Below are positions 25,442-38,035 of a stretch of 64,000 bases of DNA, in pieces (position 1 is the stretch's first letter; every line of letters starts with the position of its first letter). Location of the stretch: contig NC_058368.1 of the NCBI RefSeq assembly GCF_018350175.1, forward strand, positions 17,672,001-17,736,000. Reading direction: 5' to 3'. The stretch comes from Felis catus. Lineage: Eukaryota. A program made the position numbers and the translations under genes. The notes beneath the pieces were generated by a model that saw only the letters and a program-made list of their open reading frames with translations, had not been told where the DNA came from and made no database searches.

Positions 25442-28400
25442 ATGGCAATAAATTCATATCTTTCAGTACTCACTCTAAACGTCAATGGACTCAATGCTCC
25501 AGTCAAAAGACATAGGGTAACAGAATGGATAAGAAAAACGAGATCCATCTACATGCTGTTTACAAGAGACCCTCTTTAGACCTAAAGACACCTTCAGATT
25601 GAAAATGAGGGGATGGAGAACTATCTATCATGCTAATGGTCAACAAAAGAAATCCAGAGTAGCCATACTTATATCAGACAATCTAGACTCTAAAATAAAG
25701 ACTGTATCAAGAGAGGCAGAAGGGCATTATATCATAATCAAGGGGTCTATCCACCAAGAAGACCTAACAATTGTAAACATTTATGTGCCAAATGTGGAAG
25801 CACCCAAATATATACATCCATTAATCACAAACATAAAGAAACTCATCAATAGTAATACCATAATGGTAGGAGACTTCAACACCCCACTCATAGCAATGGA
25901 CAGATCATCTAATCAAAAAAATCAACAAGGAAACAATGGCTTTGAATAACACACCGGACCAGATGGACTTAACAGATATATTCAGAACATTTCATCCTAA
26001 AGCAGAAGAATATACATTCTTCTCCAGTGTACGTGGAACATTCTCCAGAATAGACCATATACAGGGACACGAATCAGCCCTAAGTAAGCACAAAAAGATC
26101 AAGATCATACCGTGCATATTTTCAGACCACAACGCTATGAAACTCAAAATCAGCCACAAGAAAAAATTTGGAAAGGTAACAAATACTTGGAGACTGAAGA
26201 ACATCCTACTAAAGAATGAATGGGCTAACCAAGCAGTTGAAGAGGAAATTAAAAAGTATATGGAAGTCAATGAAAATGATAATACCACAACCCCAAACCT
26301 CTAGGATGCAGCAAAGGTGGTCATAAGAGGAAAGTATATAGCAATCCAGGCCTTCCTAAAGAAGGAAGAAAGATCTCAGATACACAACCTAAACTAATGC
26401 CTTAAGGGGCTGGAAAAAGAACAGCAAATAAAACCCAAAACCAGCAGAAGGCAGGAAATAATAAGGATTAGAGCAGAAGTTAATGCTATCAAAACCAAAA
26501 CAACAGTAGAACAGATCAATGAAACCAGAAGTTGGTTCTTTGAAAGAATTAACAAAATTGATAAACCACTAGCCAGTTTGATCAAAAAGAAAAAGGAAAG
26601 GACCCAAATAAATAGAATCAAGAATGAAAAGAGGAGAGATCACAACCAATACAGCAGAAATAAAAACAATAATAAGAGAATATTATGAACAATTATATGC
26701 CAATAAAATGGGTAATCTGGAAGAAATGGACAAGTTCCTAGAAACATATACACTGCCAAAACTGAAACAGGAAGAAATAGAAAATTTGAACAGACCCATA
26801 AACAGTAAGGAAATCAAATTAGCAATCAAAAATCTGCCAAAAAACAAGAGTCCAGGGCCAGATGGCTTTCCAGGGGAATTCTACCAAACATTTAGGGAAG
26901 AGTTAACATCTTCTCTTGAAGCTGTTCCAAAAAATAGAAATGGAAGGAAAACTTCCAAACTCTTTCTATGAAACAAGCATGACCTTGATTCCAAAACCAG
27001 ACAGAAACCTCACTAAAAAGGAGAACTATAGACCTATTTCCCTAATGATCTTGGATGCAAAAATCCTCAACAAGATACTAGCCAACCAGATCCAACAATA
27101 CATTAAAAAAATTACTCACCATGACCAAGCGGGCTTTATACCTGGGATGCAGGGCTGGTTCAATATCCACAAAACAATTAACGTGATTCATCACATCAAT
27201 AAAAGAAAAGACAAGAACGATATGACCCTCTCAATAGATGCAGAGAAAGCATTTGACCAAATACAGCATCCTTTCTTGATAAAAACCCTGAAGAAAGTAG
27301 GGATAAAAGGATCATACCTCGAGATCATAAAAGCCATATATGAACGACCCAATGCTAATATCATCAATGGGGAAAAACTGAGAACTTTCCCCCTAAGGTC
27401 AGGATCAAGACAGGGATGTTCACTCTCACCACTGTTATTCAACATAGTATTGGAAGTCTTAGTCTCTGCAATGAGACAACACAAAGAAATAAAAGGCATC
27501 CAAATCGGCCAGGAGGAGGCCAAACTTTCACTCTTTGAAGATGGCATGATAGCCTATATGGAAAACCCAAAAGATTCCACCAAAAAACTGCTAGAATTGA
27601 TTCATGAATTCAGCAAAGTTGCAGGATATAAAATCAATGCACAGAAATCGGTTGCATTCCTATACACCAACAATGAAACGAAAGAAAGAGAAATCAAGGA
27701 ATCGATACCATTTACAGTTGCACAAATACCCATAAAATACCTAGGAATAAATCTAACCAAGCAGGTGAAAAATCTATACACTGAAAAGTATAGAAAGCTT
27801 ATGAAAGAAATTGAAGAAGACACAAAAAAGTGGAAAAAGATTCCATGCTCCTGGATATGAAGAACAAATATTGTTAAAATGTTGATACTATCCAAAGCAA
27901 TCTACATATCCAATGCAATCCCTACCAAAGTAACAGCAGCATTCTTCACAGAGCTAGAACAAACAATCCTAAAATTTGTATGGAACCAGAAAAGACCCCC
28001 CAATAGCCAAAGCCATCTTGAAAAAGAAAACCAAAGCAGGAGGCATCACAATCCTGGACTTCAAGCTGTATTACAAAGCTGTAATCATCAAGACAGTATG
28101 GTACTGGCACAGAAACAGACACTCAGATCAATGGAACAGAATAGAGAACCCGGAAATGGACCCACAAACGTATGACCAACTAATCTTTGACAAAGCAGGA
28201 AAGAATATCCAATGGAATTAAGACAGTCTCTTCAGAAAGTGGTGCTGGGAAAACTGGACAGTGACATGCAGAAGAATGAACCTGGACCACTTTCTTACAC
28301 CATACACAAAAATAAACTCAAAATGGATGAAAGACCTAAACATAAGACAGGAAGCCATCAAAATCCTCAAGGAGAAAGCAGGCAAAACCCTCTTCGATCT

Positions 28401-29252
28401 TGGCCGCAGCAACTTCTTACTCAACATGTCTCCGGAGGCAAGGGAAACAAAAGCAAAAATGAACTACTGGGACCTTATCAAAATAAAAAGCTTCTGCACA
28501 GCGAAGGAAAAAATCAGCAAAACTAAAAGACAACCGACAGAATGGGAGAAGATATTTGCAAATGACATATCAGATAAAGGGTTAGGATCCAAAATCTATG
28601 AAGAACTTCTCAAACTCAACACCCAAAAAACAAATAATCCCGTGAAGAAATGGGCAAAAGACATGAATAGACACTTCTCCAAAGAAGACATCCAGATGGC
28701 CAACCGACACATGAAAAAATGCTCAACATCACTCAACATCAGGGAAATACAAATCAAAACCACAATGAGATACCACCTCACCCCAGTCAGAATGGTTAAT
28801 GTTAACAACTCAGGCAACAACAGATGTTGGCGAGGATGCGGAGAAAGAGGATCTCTTTTGCATTGTTGGTGGGAATGCAAGCTGCGGCACTCTGGAAAAC
28901 AATATGGAAAGGTTCCTCAAAACACTAAAACTAGAACTACCCTATGATCCAGCAATTGCACTACTAGGGATTTATCCACGGGATACAGGTGTGCTGTTTC
29001 AAAGGGACACATGCACCCCCATGTTTGTAGCAGCACTATCAACAACAGCCAAAGTATGGAAAGAGCCCAAACGTCCATCAACTGATGAGTGGATAAAGAA
29101 GATGTGGTATATATACAATGGAGTATTACTCAGCAATCAGAAGGAATGAAATCTTGCCATTTGCAACTATGTGGATGGAACTGGAGGGTATTATGCTAAG
29201 TGAAATTAGTCAGTCAGAGAAAGACAAAAATCATATGACTTCATTCATATGA
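25442..29252 (+). pseudogene. L1 ORF2p endonuclease/reverse transcriptase (disrupted)
   Basis: MAINSYLSVLTLNVNGL start, [44 protein letters not shown], '[20 protein letters not shown]'; multiple frameshifts and stops; catalytic FADD reads FEDG at 27534-27545. Confidence 0.95.
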
Positions 29253-29514
29253 GGACTTTAAGAGACAAAACAGATGAACGTAAGGGAAGGGAAACAAAAA
29301 TAATATAAAAACATGGAGGGGGGCAAAACAGAAGAGACTCATAAATATGGAGAACAAACTGAGGGTTCCTGGAGGGGTTGTGGGAGGGGGGTGGGCTAAA
29401 TGGGTAAGGGGCACTAAGGAATCTACTCCTGAAATCATTGTTGCACTATATGCTAACTAATTTGGATGTAAATTTTAAAAAATAAAAAATAAAATAAAAA
29501 AAATGACTGTGGCA

Positions 29515-29656
29515 GGGGCATCTGGGTGGCTCAGTTGGTTAAGCATCCAACTCTTGATCTCAGCTCAGGTCTTAATCTCAGGGTTGTGAGTTCAAACCCT
29601 ACATTGAGCTCTGTGCCGGGCGTGGAGCTTCTTTAACAAAAAAGAAAAAAGAAAAA
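29515..29656 (+). mobile_element. Short carnivore SINE (no CT-rich segment)
   Basis: tRNA-like head, then directly an A-rich tail. Confidence 0.85.
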
Positions 29657-29908
29657 TGGCAGAGTGGACTAGGTCTTGATTTACAAGGAATTACAAAGGA
29701 TCAGTCCTTCAAAAGAGTAATAAATACACAAAAAATATTCTTAAGGGTAGTATGTAATCTAAACACTGTGTGGGATCACATACATTGATCATCTATGCCA
29801 GCTTTGCTGGTACAGTTATGATTTTATAAAATTCTATTTTCTCTAATAAAAGATTTCTATTATTGACTGACTAAATGGGATTAAGGCATATTTTACAAAA
29901 ATTAAGTA

Positions 29909-29912
<4 letters not shown>

Positions 29913-29946
<34 letters not shown>
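29913..29946. repeat. (CA)n microsatellite
   Basis: Direct reading. Confidence 0.95.
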
Positions 29947-29947
<1 letters not shown>

Positions 29948-30928
29948 CCTTTCCCAGTTGGTGTGTCCTAATTTGAGATTTGGAGAATATGATCACCGTG
30001 TTTATAGAATTCACGATAGATGCCTTACAGTTAGGTATATGTTCCAAAGTAGACTTTTTGTTTTAAAAGTGAGAACTTGCACACGAACACCCCCAGTGTC
30101 TTAGTGCAAGACTTATTTCTCGGCCCCTGCCTTCCTCTGAATCACACCCTCTACCTCTCTAAAGCTGAACATCTATTGAATTAGGCAGAGGTGAGCAGCC
30201 TCAAATGTCACAAGAAAGGTTAATCGATGCTTGTGGGGCTACAGGTTAACCTATGGAACTAAGCAAAGAAAGGAAAAGTAAGAGATGTATAATAAAAGCG
30301 TGGGGGAGAACTAGAGTATGTCCCAGTTTTGCTTGCCCCCCCCCCCAATTCTGGTCCCTCCTTAATAAGAGTCATTACCTGTAGGAGTGGGTCTCTTAGG
30401 GGAGGAGGTCTGAGAACTTAGGAAGAACACATGGGGACAAACTTATTACAAGGCATGGAGATCGAACTCTGGGTGGTCCTCGCCCGAACCCCGCGCAGCC
30501 CTGTGGCGCTTAAATGGAACAGATGCCAAGGAATAGCCCAGGCAGAAATGGCTTCCCCACATCTTATTTTCCGTGAGAAATTTTCCATAACGTTTTCCAG
30601 TTTTCCTCCTAAGACGCACAATGTGCGGCGATAGTAGGGCCCGATACTCACGAATCCACCATGCCCACCCCCGTGGGACACCTTGAATTACCATGTTTTA
30701 AAAGAAATAGCATTCTTCACTTAGATATTTAAAAGATTTTATCTGGAAAGGGGATAGGAAAAAAATCAAGGAATGAAAAGCAATCTATATTAGCAGTTTC
30801 TCAAGTATATTCTATTTTGGGAAAATGTATTTTACACCCTCTTATTTCAAATAATATTGCATGTGAGCATAAGAGACGCTCTGAGATATCCTACAGTTAA
30901 AATGATCATCCTTAGAAATAAAAAAAAA

Positions 30929-31441
30929 TGTTTCTTATGTTAACATACACTTAATGTAAAATTTACCATCTAACCATTTTGAAGCGTGTGGCTCAGGGGT
31001 ATTAAACACATTCACATTGTTATGTAGCTGTCACCACCTCCGTCCCCAAAACTCTTCCCATCTTGTAAAACTGAAACTCGGTACCCATTGAATACTAACC
31101 CCACATTCTCCCTTCTCCCTGGCAACCAACGTTTTATCTTCTGTCTCTGTGATTTGACTACTGTAAGTACCTCATGTAAGTGAAATCATACAGCGCTCGT
31201 CCTTTGGTGACTGGATTCTTTCTTTTAGCACGATGACCTCAAAGTGCTTCCATGTTGTCACCTGTATGAGAACTTCCCCCCTTTTTATTGCTGACTAATA
31301 TTCCACTGTGTGTATGGACCCCATTTTGCTTAGCGGTCATCAGTTGATGGACACATGTTTTAGCTCCTGTGAACACGGGTGTGCAAATATCTTTTTGACA
31401 CCTGGCTTATAAATTCTTTTGGGTATATACCCAGAAATGGA
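30929..31441 (-). mobile_element. L1MA/MB-type 3' end
   Basis: 'aaaatttaccatctaaccatttt', 'gtaaaactgaaactc', 'gtacctcatgtaagtgaaatcatacag', 'ttcttttgggtatatacccagaaatgg'. Confidence 0.85.
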
Positions 31442-33159
31442 TAGACTTGGTTTCAATTCAACATTTCCCAATTGTTCACTGCAGAACCCTTCAGTTTACA
31501 TTTAAAGAAAACAGGACCCTGTTGATATTGAGCCTCTATTAACACACAAGAAACTCATGTTCTCCAGCCCCCTAGTTAGAATGTCAGTCAGATATCACTT
31601 TTTGTTTTCTTTAGAAAAACAAACAACCTCCTTCTCCATATACAGCTTTCTATACAAGGATGCTTTACCAGATAAGCTCACTTCTGAAGTAATCAGGTCC
31701 TGGGCGAGAGCCAGGCCACCGGCATGCAACTGGACATGTGAGATCACCAGAGCAAAGCACTCTTGTTCAGAAGGGAGGCAAGCCCAGCTCCTGTTGCCGG
31801 AACCGAATGGTTTTCCCTGCAAGGGTGGCACTTCTACTCCAATTCCAAATGTGACTCCTTGACAATTTATAACGGAAGGCATCGGTTTCCTTTTCTGGGG
31901 GGTTTATTATCTAGCACAGGTGCTCTATCTTTATTGCCCATTTGCTATTGAATTATATTTCATAACTTTTTCTTGCCAAATGACTCCTAAACATAAATTC
32001 TCAGTACGTTAACACTTCACCCCAAGTCCTTCGCAGCAATCTGCAGAACACGTGGGTGCCGAGACTCTCAGTAATAAAAGGAAAGCTGCTAACGTAGGAC
32101 ATAATCATATATTTTAAAGGAGCAGATGGATCGTAACCCCAGTTCTGCAGGAAGCGGGGTGTGCTGACCTTCATGGTTTACTCGCTGGACTTTCTAGAGT
32201 CAAATGTTACTTACCACCAAACAGATCTCTTTCGTTCCCTTTGTGTCCTGAAACTCTCCCTGGTTCCAAGTTTCCTGGTATTTGAGGTGAGCTTCTCCTA
32301 GGGTTTCTTCAGTGTCCACTCTGCAATTGCCAAGCCAAGGAAACATTAGCAAAGGGGAGGAGTAGAGAGGTCTGTGCTGCAGCACGGGAAGCAGGTCTGT
32401 GAAAGGGGAGCACAGCAGCACCAAGAACTGATCCCTCAAAGAAACTGGCATCTGCCGGGGCTGCTCCAAAGGGTTGTCAGGGCCTTAGCGAGAGGAGTAA
32501 GCTCTTTCCTGCACTATAGACATGCCATCTCCATAACTGTGCTGGACACCAGGGCTTCAAGCTAGCCTGTGGAGAAACTACCCTCCCGAACGCATGGTTC
32601 ATTTCCTGCAACATGGTTCCCTCCAGACAGCCAGGACTCCTACCCCGAGTCCCACCTCCTGGAGGGCCCTGTTCCGGCCACCTTTCGGCCAGGCTTCTCT
32701 ATGGGGGACAATTCTGAGCACCTCGCCTGTGCCACCCCCTGCTTCCCCACCCCACTCTGTGTACCAGGATCATGGGGTTCCCCATCCAGGGGCTCAAGTC
32801 ACTGCCAGCCTGCAAGGAGCTCTTCCATGGAGATAGTCTCTGGAGGACCCATTTGTAGACCTGAGAGGTGGCCAAGGAGCGGCTGCTTGCAGGACAGGAA
32901 GAAGCTGGGTTTGGACAGAGCTTAGACAGGCCGGTAGGAGTAGGACGCACACTCATGGGTGAGGTAACTTGCAGCGAGGGACAGAGCTGAAAGCGAGAGG
33001 AAAGTGGGAGCAGGTATACATGTGTCCTCTTGCCCCCAAGCCCTGCAAATGATGGAGGTGGACCCGCTGCATCCATCCTATTAGGCATCATAGGACACTG
33101 GCCAGGAGACATCTCCATACACTAAAAAAAAGGCCTCTTTGCTTTGATGGATACAGTAA

Positions 33160-33385
33160 ATAATTATTAGTATAAAAGCCACCAGCCCGTAACGTGTAGT
33201 AGACTCTGTGCGAGGAAGTTTACGTGCATTACCTCCTTGAATGAACTCAGATGTAGAAGGACTAATATCGGTCCCATTTTACAGACGAAGAAATCGAGGC
33301 CAATAGAGGTGAAGTAATTTTCCCAAGTTAGCACAGGTCATAAATGGGGGGCCGAGGTGCAAACTCCAGAATGAGATCTCTATCC
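33160..33385 (-). mobile_element. MIR
   Basis: 'cccattttacagacgaagaaatcgaggc..aggtgaagtaattttcccaag'. Confidence 0.75.
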
Positions 33386-35007
33386 TGGGTGAGTGACGAG
33401 AAGCAGAGAAGGCTGAACAGACGCAGGCAAGGGTTTGGTTCCTGAGATGCGGGTCATCTGTAAACACCTTGGAAGGAGTCAGGGAAGAAGAAGAAACACT
33501 CATAGAAGATGAGCCGGCTTGGAAGGGGGAGAAGCGAGTCAGAGGCCCAGGATACATTGCTGCCAAGAGCTGGGGGCTTTGTGGAGGCTGGATAAAAATA
33601 CCAGCTTCTCCTCTGAGCAGAGCCCATTCCACCCACCGATGATCTGAAGGCAAATTCTCCATCTCATTGCACAGCACACCTCACGACCTGTCAGACCAAA
33701 ACAAAAACAAAAACAAAAACAAAAAAGGGGAGAAAGATTCACATTTTAGATATTAATAAATAGTTGGCCCTAAATGTTTGTAGTTCAAAGGTAGAACTGC
33801 CCCCCTCCCCCGCCTTTTTTTAAACTAAAATATAACTGGAAAATCTAGGAAAGGCCCTTGTCGCGGGCACTTTCACACAGTCCAACAGCTGACGTCTGTT
33901 TCTGCCTGTGGTCTAGTGTGTAGAAGCCCTGAAGGATGTGTAGGGCTGAATTTCCGCAAGAGAACTTACAGCCACCAGATCGAGGCACTTAGGGATAAAC
34001 GTCTTGGATGTAAACTATTTAATAAAGAACTACGTTTTTTATTAAGGTCCACTTAAAGTCAGCTTGCCAACTTTTAGGAGAAATGAAAAGTAGTGAAAAA
34101 TGACCACATTGGTTTAAACGTATCTTCTACTTCTTTCTTAATTGTGGAGGAGGCTTTTAAAGCATCTGTGTGTAAATGAATGAAGAGGCCATCATTTTCC
34201 AAATACATAAGTTTTAGGACAATGAATGAGCAGAGGGAACGCAGGTAACGTGGGTGCTGCATGTAACAAAAATGAAGCACAAAGTGCATCATACTCTCTT
34301 GTTACTTTGCAGTTTTGCTCTTGATGTTATCTTGTCCCTGTTTGTTCTCCATTAATGAGATCACTATCAAACACTCTTTCTTCCTTCTCTGAGTCACTCG
34401 TCTGACCCTACCTCTCTTGATAGTTGCTAAAAGCAAAAGTAACATATCCAGAGGAGAAAAATAACTTGTTTTCAGAATGAGAAATGAATACAGCAGGAAA
34501 GAAGGGGCACTCATTGAGCATTTCAGTGGGCCTGCTGGCACCTGACCACTGACAGAAGATTCTAGATCTGTCTGTCCTTTGGAGCACTGTTCCTCACCAG
34601 AGGCACTTTATATATGTTAGTATTTTGTAAGCCCCACAACACTCTACCTGGATTCCTACCCCTGTTGTACAGTTAAGAAAATGAAGACTCATTGGTTAAT
34701 ATATTTTTATTTCATGATAACTTTAACCTTCTTAAACTTGCATTTTATTTTAACATTAATTTTTCAAACATACCAAGGCCTCAAAAGCGGCTTGTTAAGG
34801 TGCAAAAGTAGGGATGAAAACAGAAACATTAATACTCCAACTCAGAGTAACTTCACGATAAAGAATAGTGGGGACATCCTCAGTGTAAATACAGAATTTG
34901 ACTCTGCCTGTGTTGGGACAGTGAATCTGTAAATGAAGATTTTTCACAAGCATCCAAGGAATGACAAATATCTGAACATTGAATTTTATTGGATTCTCTT
35001 TTTGTTT

Positions 35008-35301
35008 TTTGTTTTTTTTAATTTTTTTTTTAATTTTTTTTTTAATTTTTTTTTTCAACGTTTATTTATTTTTGGGACAGAGAGAGACAGAGCATGAACG
35101 GGGGAGGGGCAGAGAGAGAGGGAGACATAGAATCGGAAACAGGCTCCAGGCTCTGAGCCATCATCAGCCCAGAGCCCGACGTGGGGCTCGAACTCACGGA
35201 CTGCGAGATCGTGACCTGGCTGAAGTCGGAGCTTAACCGAACCACGAGATCGTGACCTGGCTGAAGTCGGAGCTTAACCGACTGCGCCACCCAGGCGCCC
35301 C
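35008..35301 (-). mobile_element. Young SINEC_Fc with a tandem duplication in the tRNA-like head
   Basis: Exact TSD attctctttttgttt at 34993-35007 and 35303-35317; 37-bp repeat at 35204-35240 and 35245-35281. Confidence 0.95.
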
Positions 35302-35489
35302 AATTCTCTTTTTGTTTAACAGGAGTCCTTAGCACGTTTTCTTTTAAGAAACCTTGTTATGTTATGACATTAACCACTGATGCTTTTCCATCACTTTTCA
35401 AATAAAGAAAAATTGCTTTTATGAGAAACCAAATGAGTTGCTCCAGAACTTTCCAGCGCAAAGCTAGTGCTCTTGTTTCTATACGTAGC

Positions 35490-35975
35490 ACGGTCTAATG
35501 GCACACGGGCTTTGAGAGTAGATGACCTTTTGTAAATCCCAGCTCTGCCACTTACTACTTTTGTGACTTTGGGCACATTACTTTGTTTTTTACTTTTTAA
35601 TTTTTTTTAATGTTTATTTATTTTTGAGAGACAGAGTGCAAGCGGGGGAGGGGCAGAGAGAGAGGGAGACACAGAATCCGAAGCAGGCTCCAGGCTCTGA
35701 GCTGTCAGCACAGAGCCCGATGCGGGGCTCGAACTCATGAATTGTGAGATCATGACCTGAGCTGAAGTCGGATGTTTAACTGACCGAGCCACCCTTGTGC
35801 CGTGGGGGCACATTACTTTGGACACAACGTGTCTTTACTCCCCTTCCCTTACGTGTAATGTGGAGATAATATTTATCTAATATTATAGATTTGTTATGAT
35901 GATGAAATGCATGTACAGAGCTAAGCATCATGCCTGGGACATAGCAAAGACTCAATGAGCACTAGCAATCATCAA
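35490..35975 (+). mobile_element. MIR interrupted by a SINEC
   Basis: 'aaatcccagctctgccacttact..tgtgactttgggcacattactt' continues after the SINE into the MIR 3' part. Confidence 0.75.
35586..35803 (-). mobile_element. SINEC
   Basis: Exact TSD gggcacattactttg at 35571-35585 and 35806-35820. Confidence 0.93.
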
Positions 35976-36198
35976 AGACAAAGAAAAGTCCAAATCCATA
36001 AAGGGTTCTCAGCATCACACTCTTTGTGAATACACAGGTACAAATGATAATAATTTTGAACTCGGAGAAATTAACCTGTTATTTAACAGGTTGGCCAAAG
36101 CCTTTATCAAATGGAGCCATGGATACTGCACACGAGGAGGAGGATAATGACTACTACACGTGCTGCTGGCATAAACTTTACAAATGGATGAAGGTGTA

Positions 36199-36930
36199 TG
36201 TCATATGATACGGGATTATCTGGTCTGTGTCCCAGGTTCCTGAGATGGAGCTTCTAACCTTTTGAAATGTCCTGAGTGATAGGAATATTTGTCTTATTCA
36301 TGGTGGGCCCATTGGGTCCCTACCTAGTTCAGGGATGGGGACTGGCCCTGCCAGAAAGACCTACCACATAATCAAATGTTGGGGCTTTGAGCCATGTGAT
36401 ATTAGAAGCACCTCTTAGGAAGAGAGGGAGGGCTGGAGATCGAGTTCAGTCACGTGCCAGCGGTTCAATCAGTCGTGCCTATATGACGAAATGCCAATAA
36501 AAAACTTTAACCATCGAAGCTTGTTTGGGATGTTTGGTTGATGGGCGCTTTTATGTGCCAGGACAGTGATATTCTGATTTCACAGGAAAAGGACATGGAA
36601 ACCCTGCATTCAGGATTGTCCCAGATCTTGCCCTATGTGCTCCTTCCTTTGGCTGGCCCTGATTTGTGTCCTTTATAAAAAAAACTTTGATCATAAATAT
36701 AGAGCTTTTCTGAACTCTATGAATTGTTCTGGCAAATTGTCAAAACTACGGAGTCATGGGAACTCCTGAATTTGTAGGCAGTTGGTCAAAAGTCTAGGTG
36801 GCCTGAGGACTCCGAAACTTGCAGCTAGCATGTGAAATGGGGCAGTCTTGTTGGGGACTCTGAGCTCAACCCGTGGAGTGTGCATTAACTCTGGGTAGTC
36901 AGTATCAGAAATGAGTTGCCATATTGTACC
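36199..36930 (+). mobile_element. ERV LTR (MER21-like)
   Basis: 'gggctggagatcgagttcagtcac', 'ccaataaaaaac', 'ttttctgaactctatgaattgttctggcaaattgtcaaa', 'taactctgggtagtcagtatcagaa'. Confidence 0.75.
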
Positions 36931-37567
36931 GTAGAAACAGATCTTGGCATATGCACGCTATGTGCACTGAGTAGAGGGGCTTGAGGATTTTTTGACCTAT
37001 TCGACACTGAAGCGATGATTTAGAAAAGGAAAGGTTTTTTTAGTTAAGGATTCTTTTATGAGTATGATTCTTTTACAGTATAGACTGGAGGAAATGTGTT
37101 AACATCAATAATGTCAAAGGGTGAGCTAAGGGCTCAGCGAGGAAGGGGCTCTGTCACCATCCACTGAACACTTGCTCAGTTGTCAGTCAACAAATGACTC
37201 CTCACCTTCATTCCATGGTGATGATGACAGGGACAATTGTAAGGCAATCAAATCAAACCCACAGAAGAAAGGTACTTTCAGTCTGTTGTGCAAATAGATT
37301 GCAAGCGTACTTCTCATTCTGAAATTCCCTGACTGTCAAAGGAGAAGTTGCTTCACATCAGCCTCTGAAATTAAAGTAATGATAAAAACCAGCTCATAAT
37401 GACACTTACAAGGCCAGCAAAAAATATTTATATGGTTTCATGAAGGTAATTCAAATGTCATAGTTCAATAATATATCAAGAACTCTGAAGAGCCCAAACC
37501 TGTCACTTCAGAGGTGAAATTTCAAGATGTTACTTCTGAAGATATATTAGGATTTTATAAGAAAGCC

Positions 37568-37577
37568 AATATATGAT

Positions 37578-37608
<31 letters not shown>

Positions 37609-37635
37609 TTGATAGACTATATATATATATTTGAT

Positions 37636-37684
<49 letters not shown>

Positions 37685-37710
37685 GATAGTTGTTGTTGTT
37701 GTTGTTGTTA
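37568..37710. repeat. Compound microsatellite [tgatagac(ta)n]x3 followed by (gtt)n
   Basis: Direct reading; forms the tail region of the antisense short SINE. Confidence 0.9.
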
Positions 37711-38035
37711 AAGTAGGCTTCATGCCCAGCATGGAACTCAATGCAGCTTGAACCCATGACCTTGAGATCAAGACCTGAGTTGAGATCAAGAATCAGACAT
37801 GTGGGGCACCTGGGTGGCTCAGTTGGTTAAGTGTCCAACTCTTGATCTCGGCTCAGGTCATGATCTCACGGTTCATGAGTTTGAGCCCCACATCGTGCTC
37901 CGTGTTGGCAGTGCGGAACCTGCTTGGGATTCTCTCTCCCCTCTCTCTCTGCCCCTACTCCACTCTCATGCTCTCTGTCTCAAAATAAATAAACTTAAAA
38001 AAAAAATCAGACACGTAAACAATTGAGCCACCTCC
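37683..38035 (-). mobile_element. Short carnivore SINE split by a nested SINE
   Basis: Body at 37710-37800, head remnant 'aacaattgagccacc' at ~38018-38033. Confidence 0.75.
37803..38004 (+). mobile_element. SINEC nested in the opposite-orientation SINE
   Basis: TSD aatcagaca[t/c]gt at 37791-37802 and 38005-38016. Confidence 0.92.

Larger units (their letters stand above)
22090..29498 (+). mobile_element. Full-length felid LINE-1 (inactivated)
   Basis: Starts gggaggagccaagatggc; CpG-rich 5'UTR, ORF1, ORF2 (EN, RT, Cys domain), G-rich 3'UTR, A tail; imperfect TSD aaaaataaccg/aaaaatgactg at 22080-22090 and 29499-29509 at a TT|AAAA site. Confidence 0.97.

Noticed and set aside
29371..29411. G-quadruplex-forming tract
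   Set aside because: Ordinary, well-known feature of L1 3'UTRs
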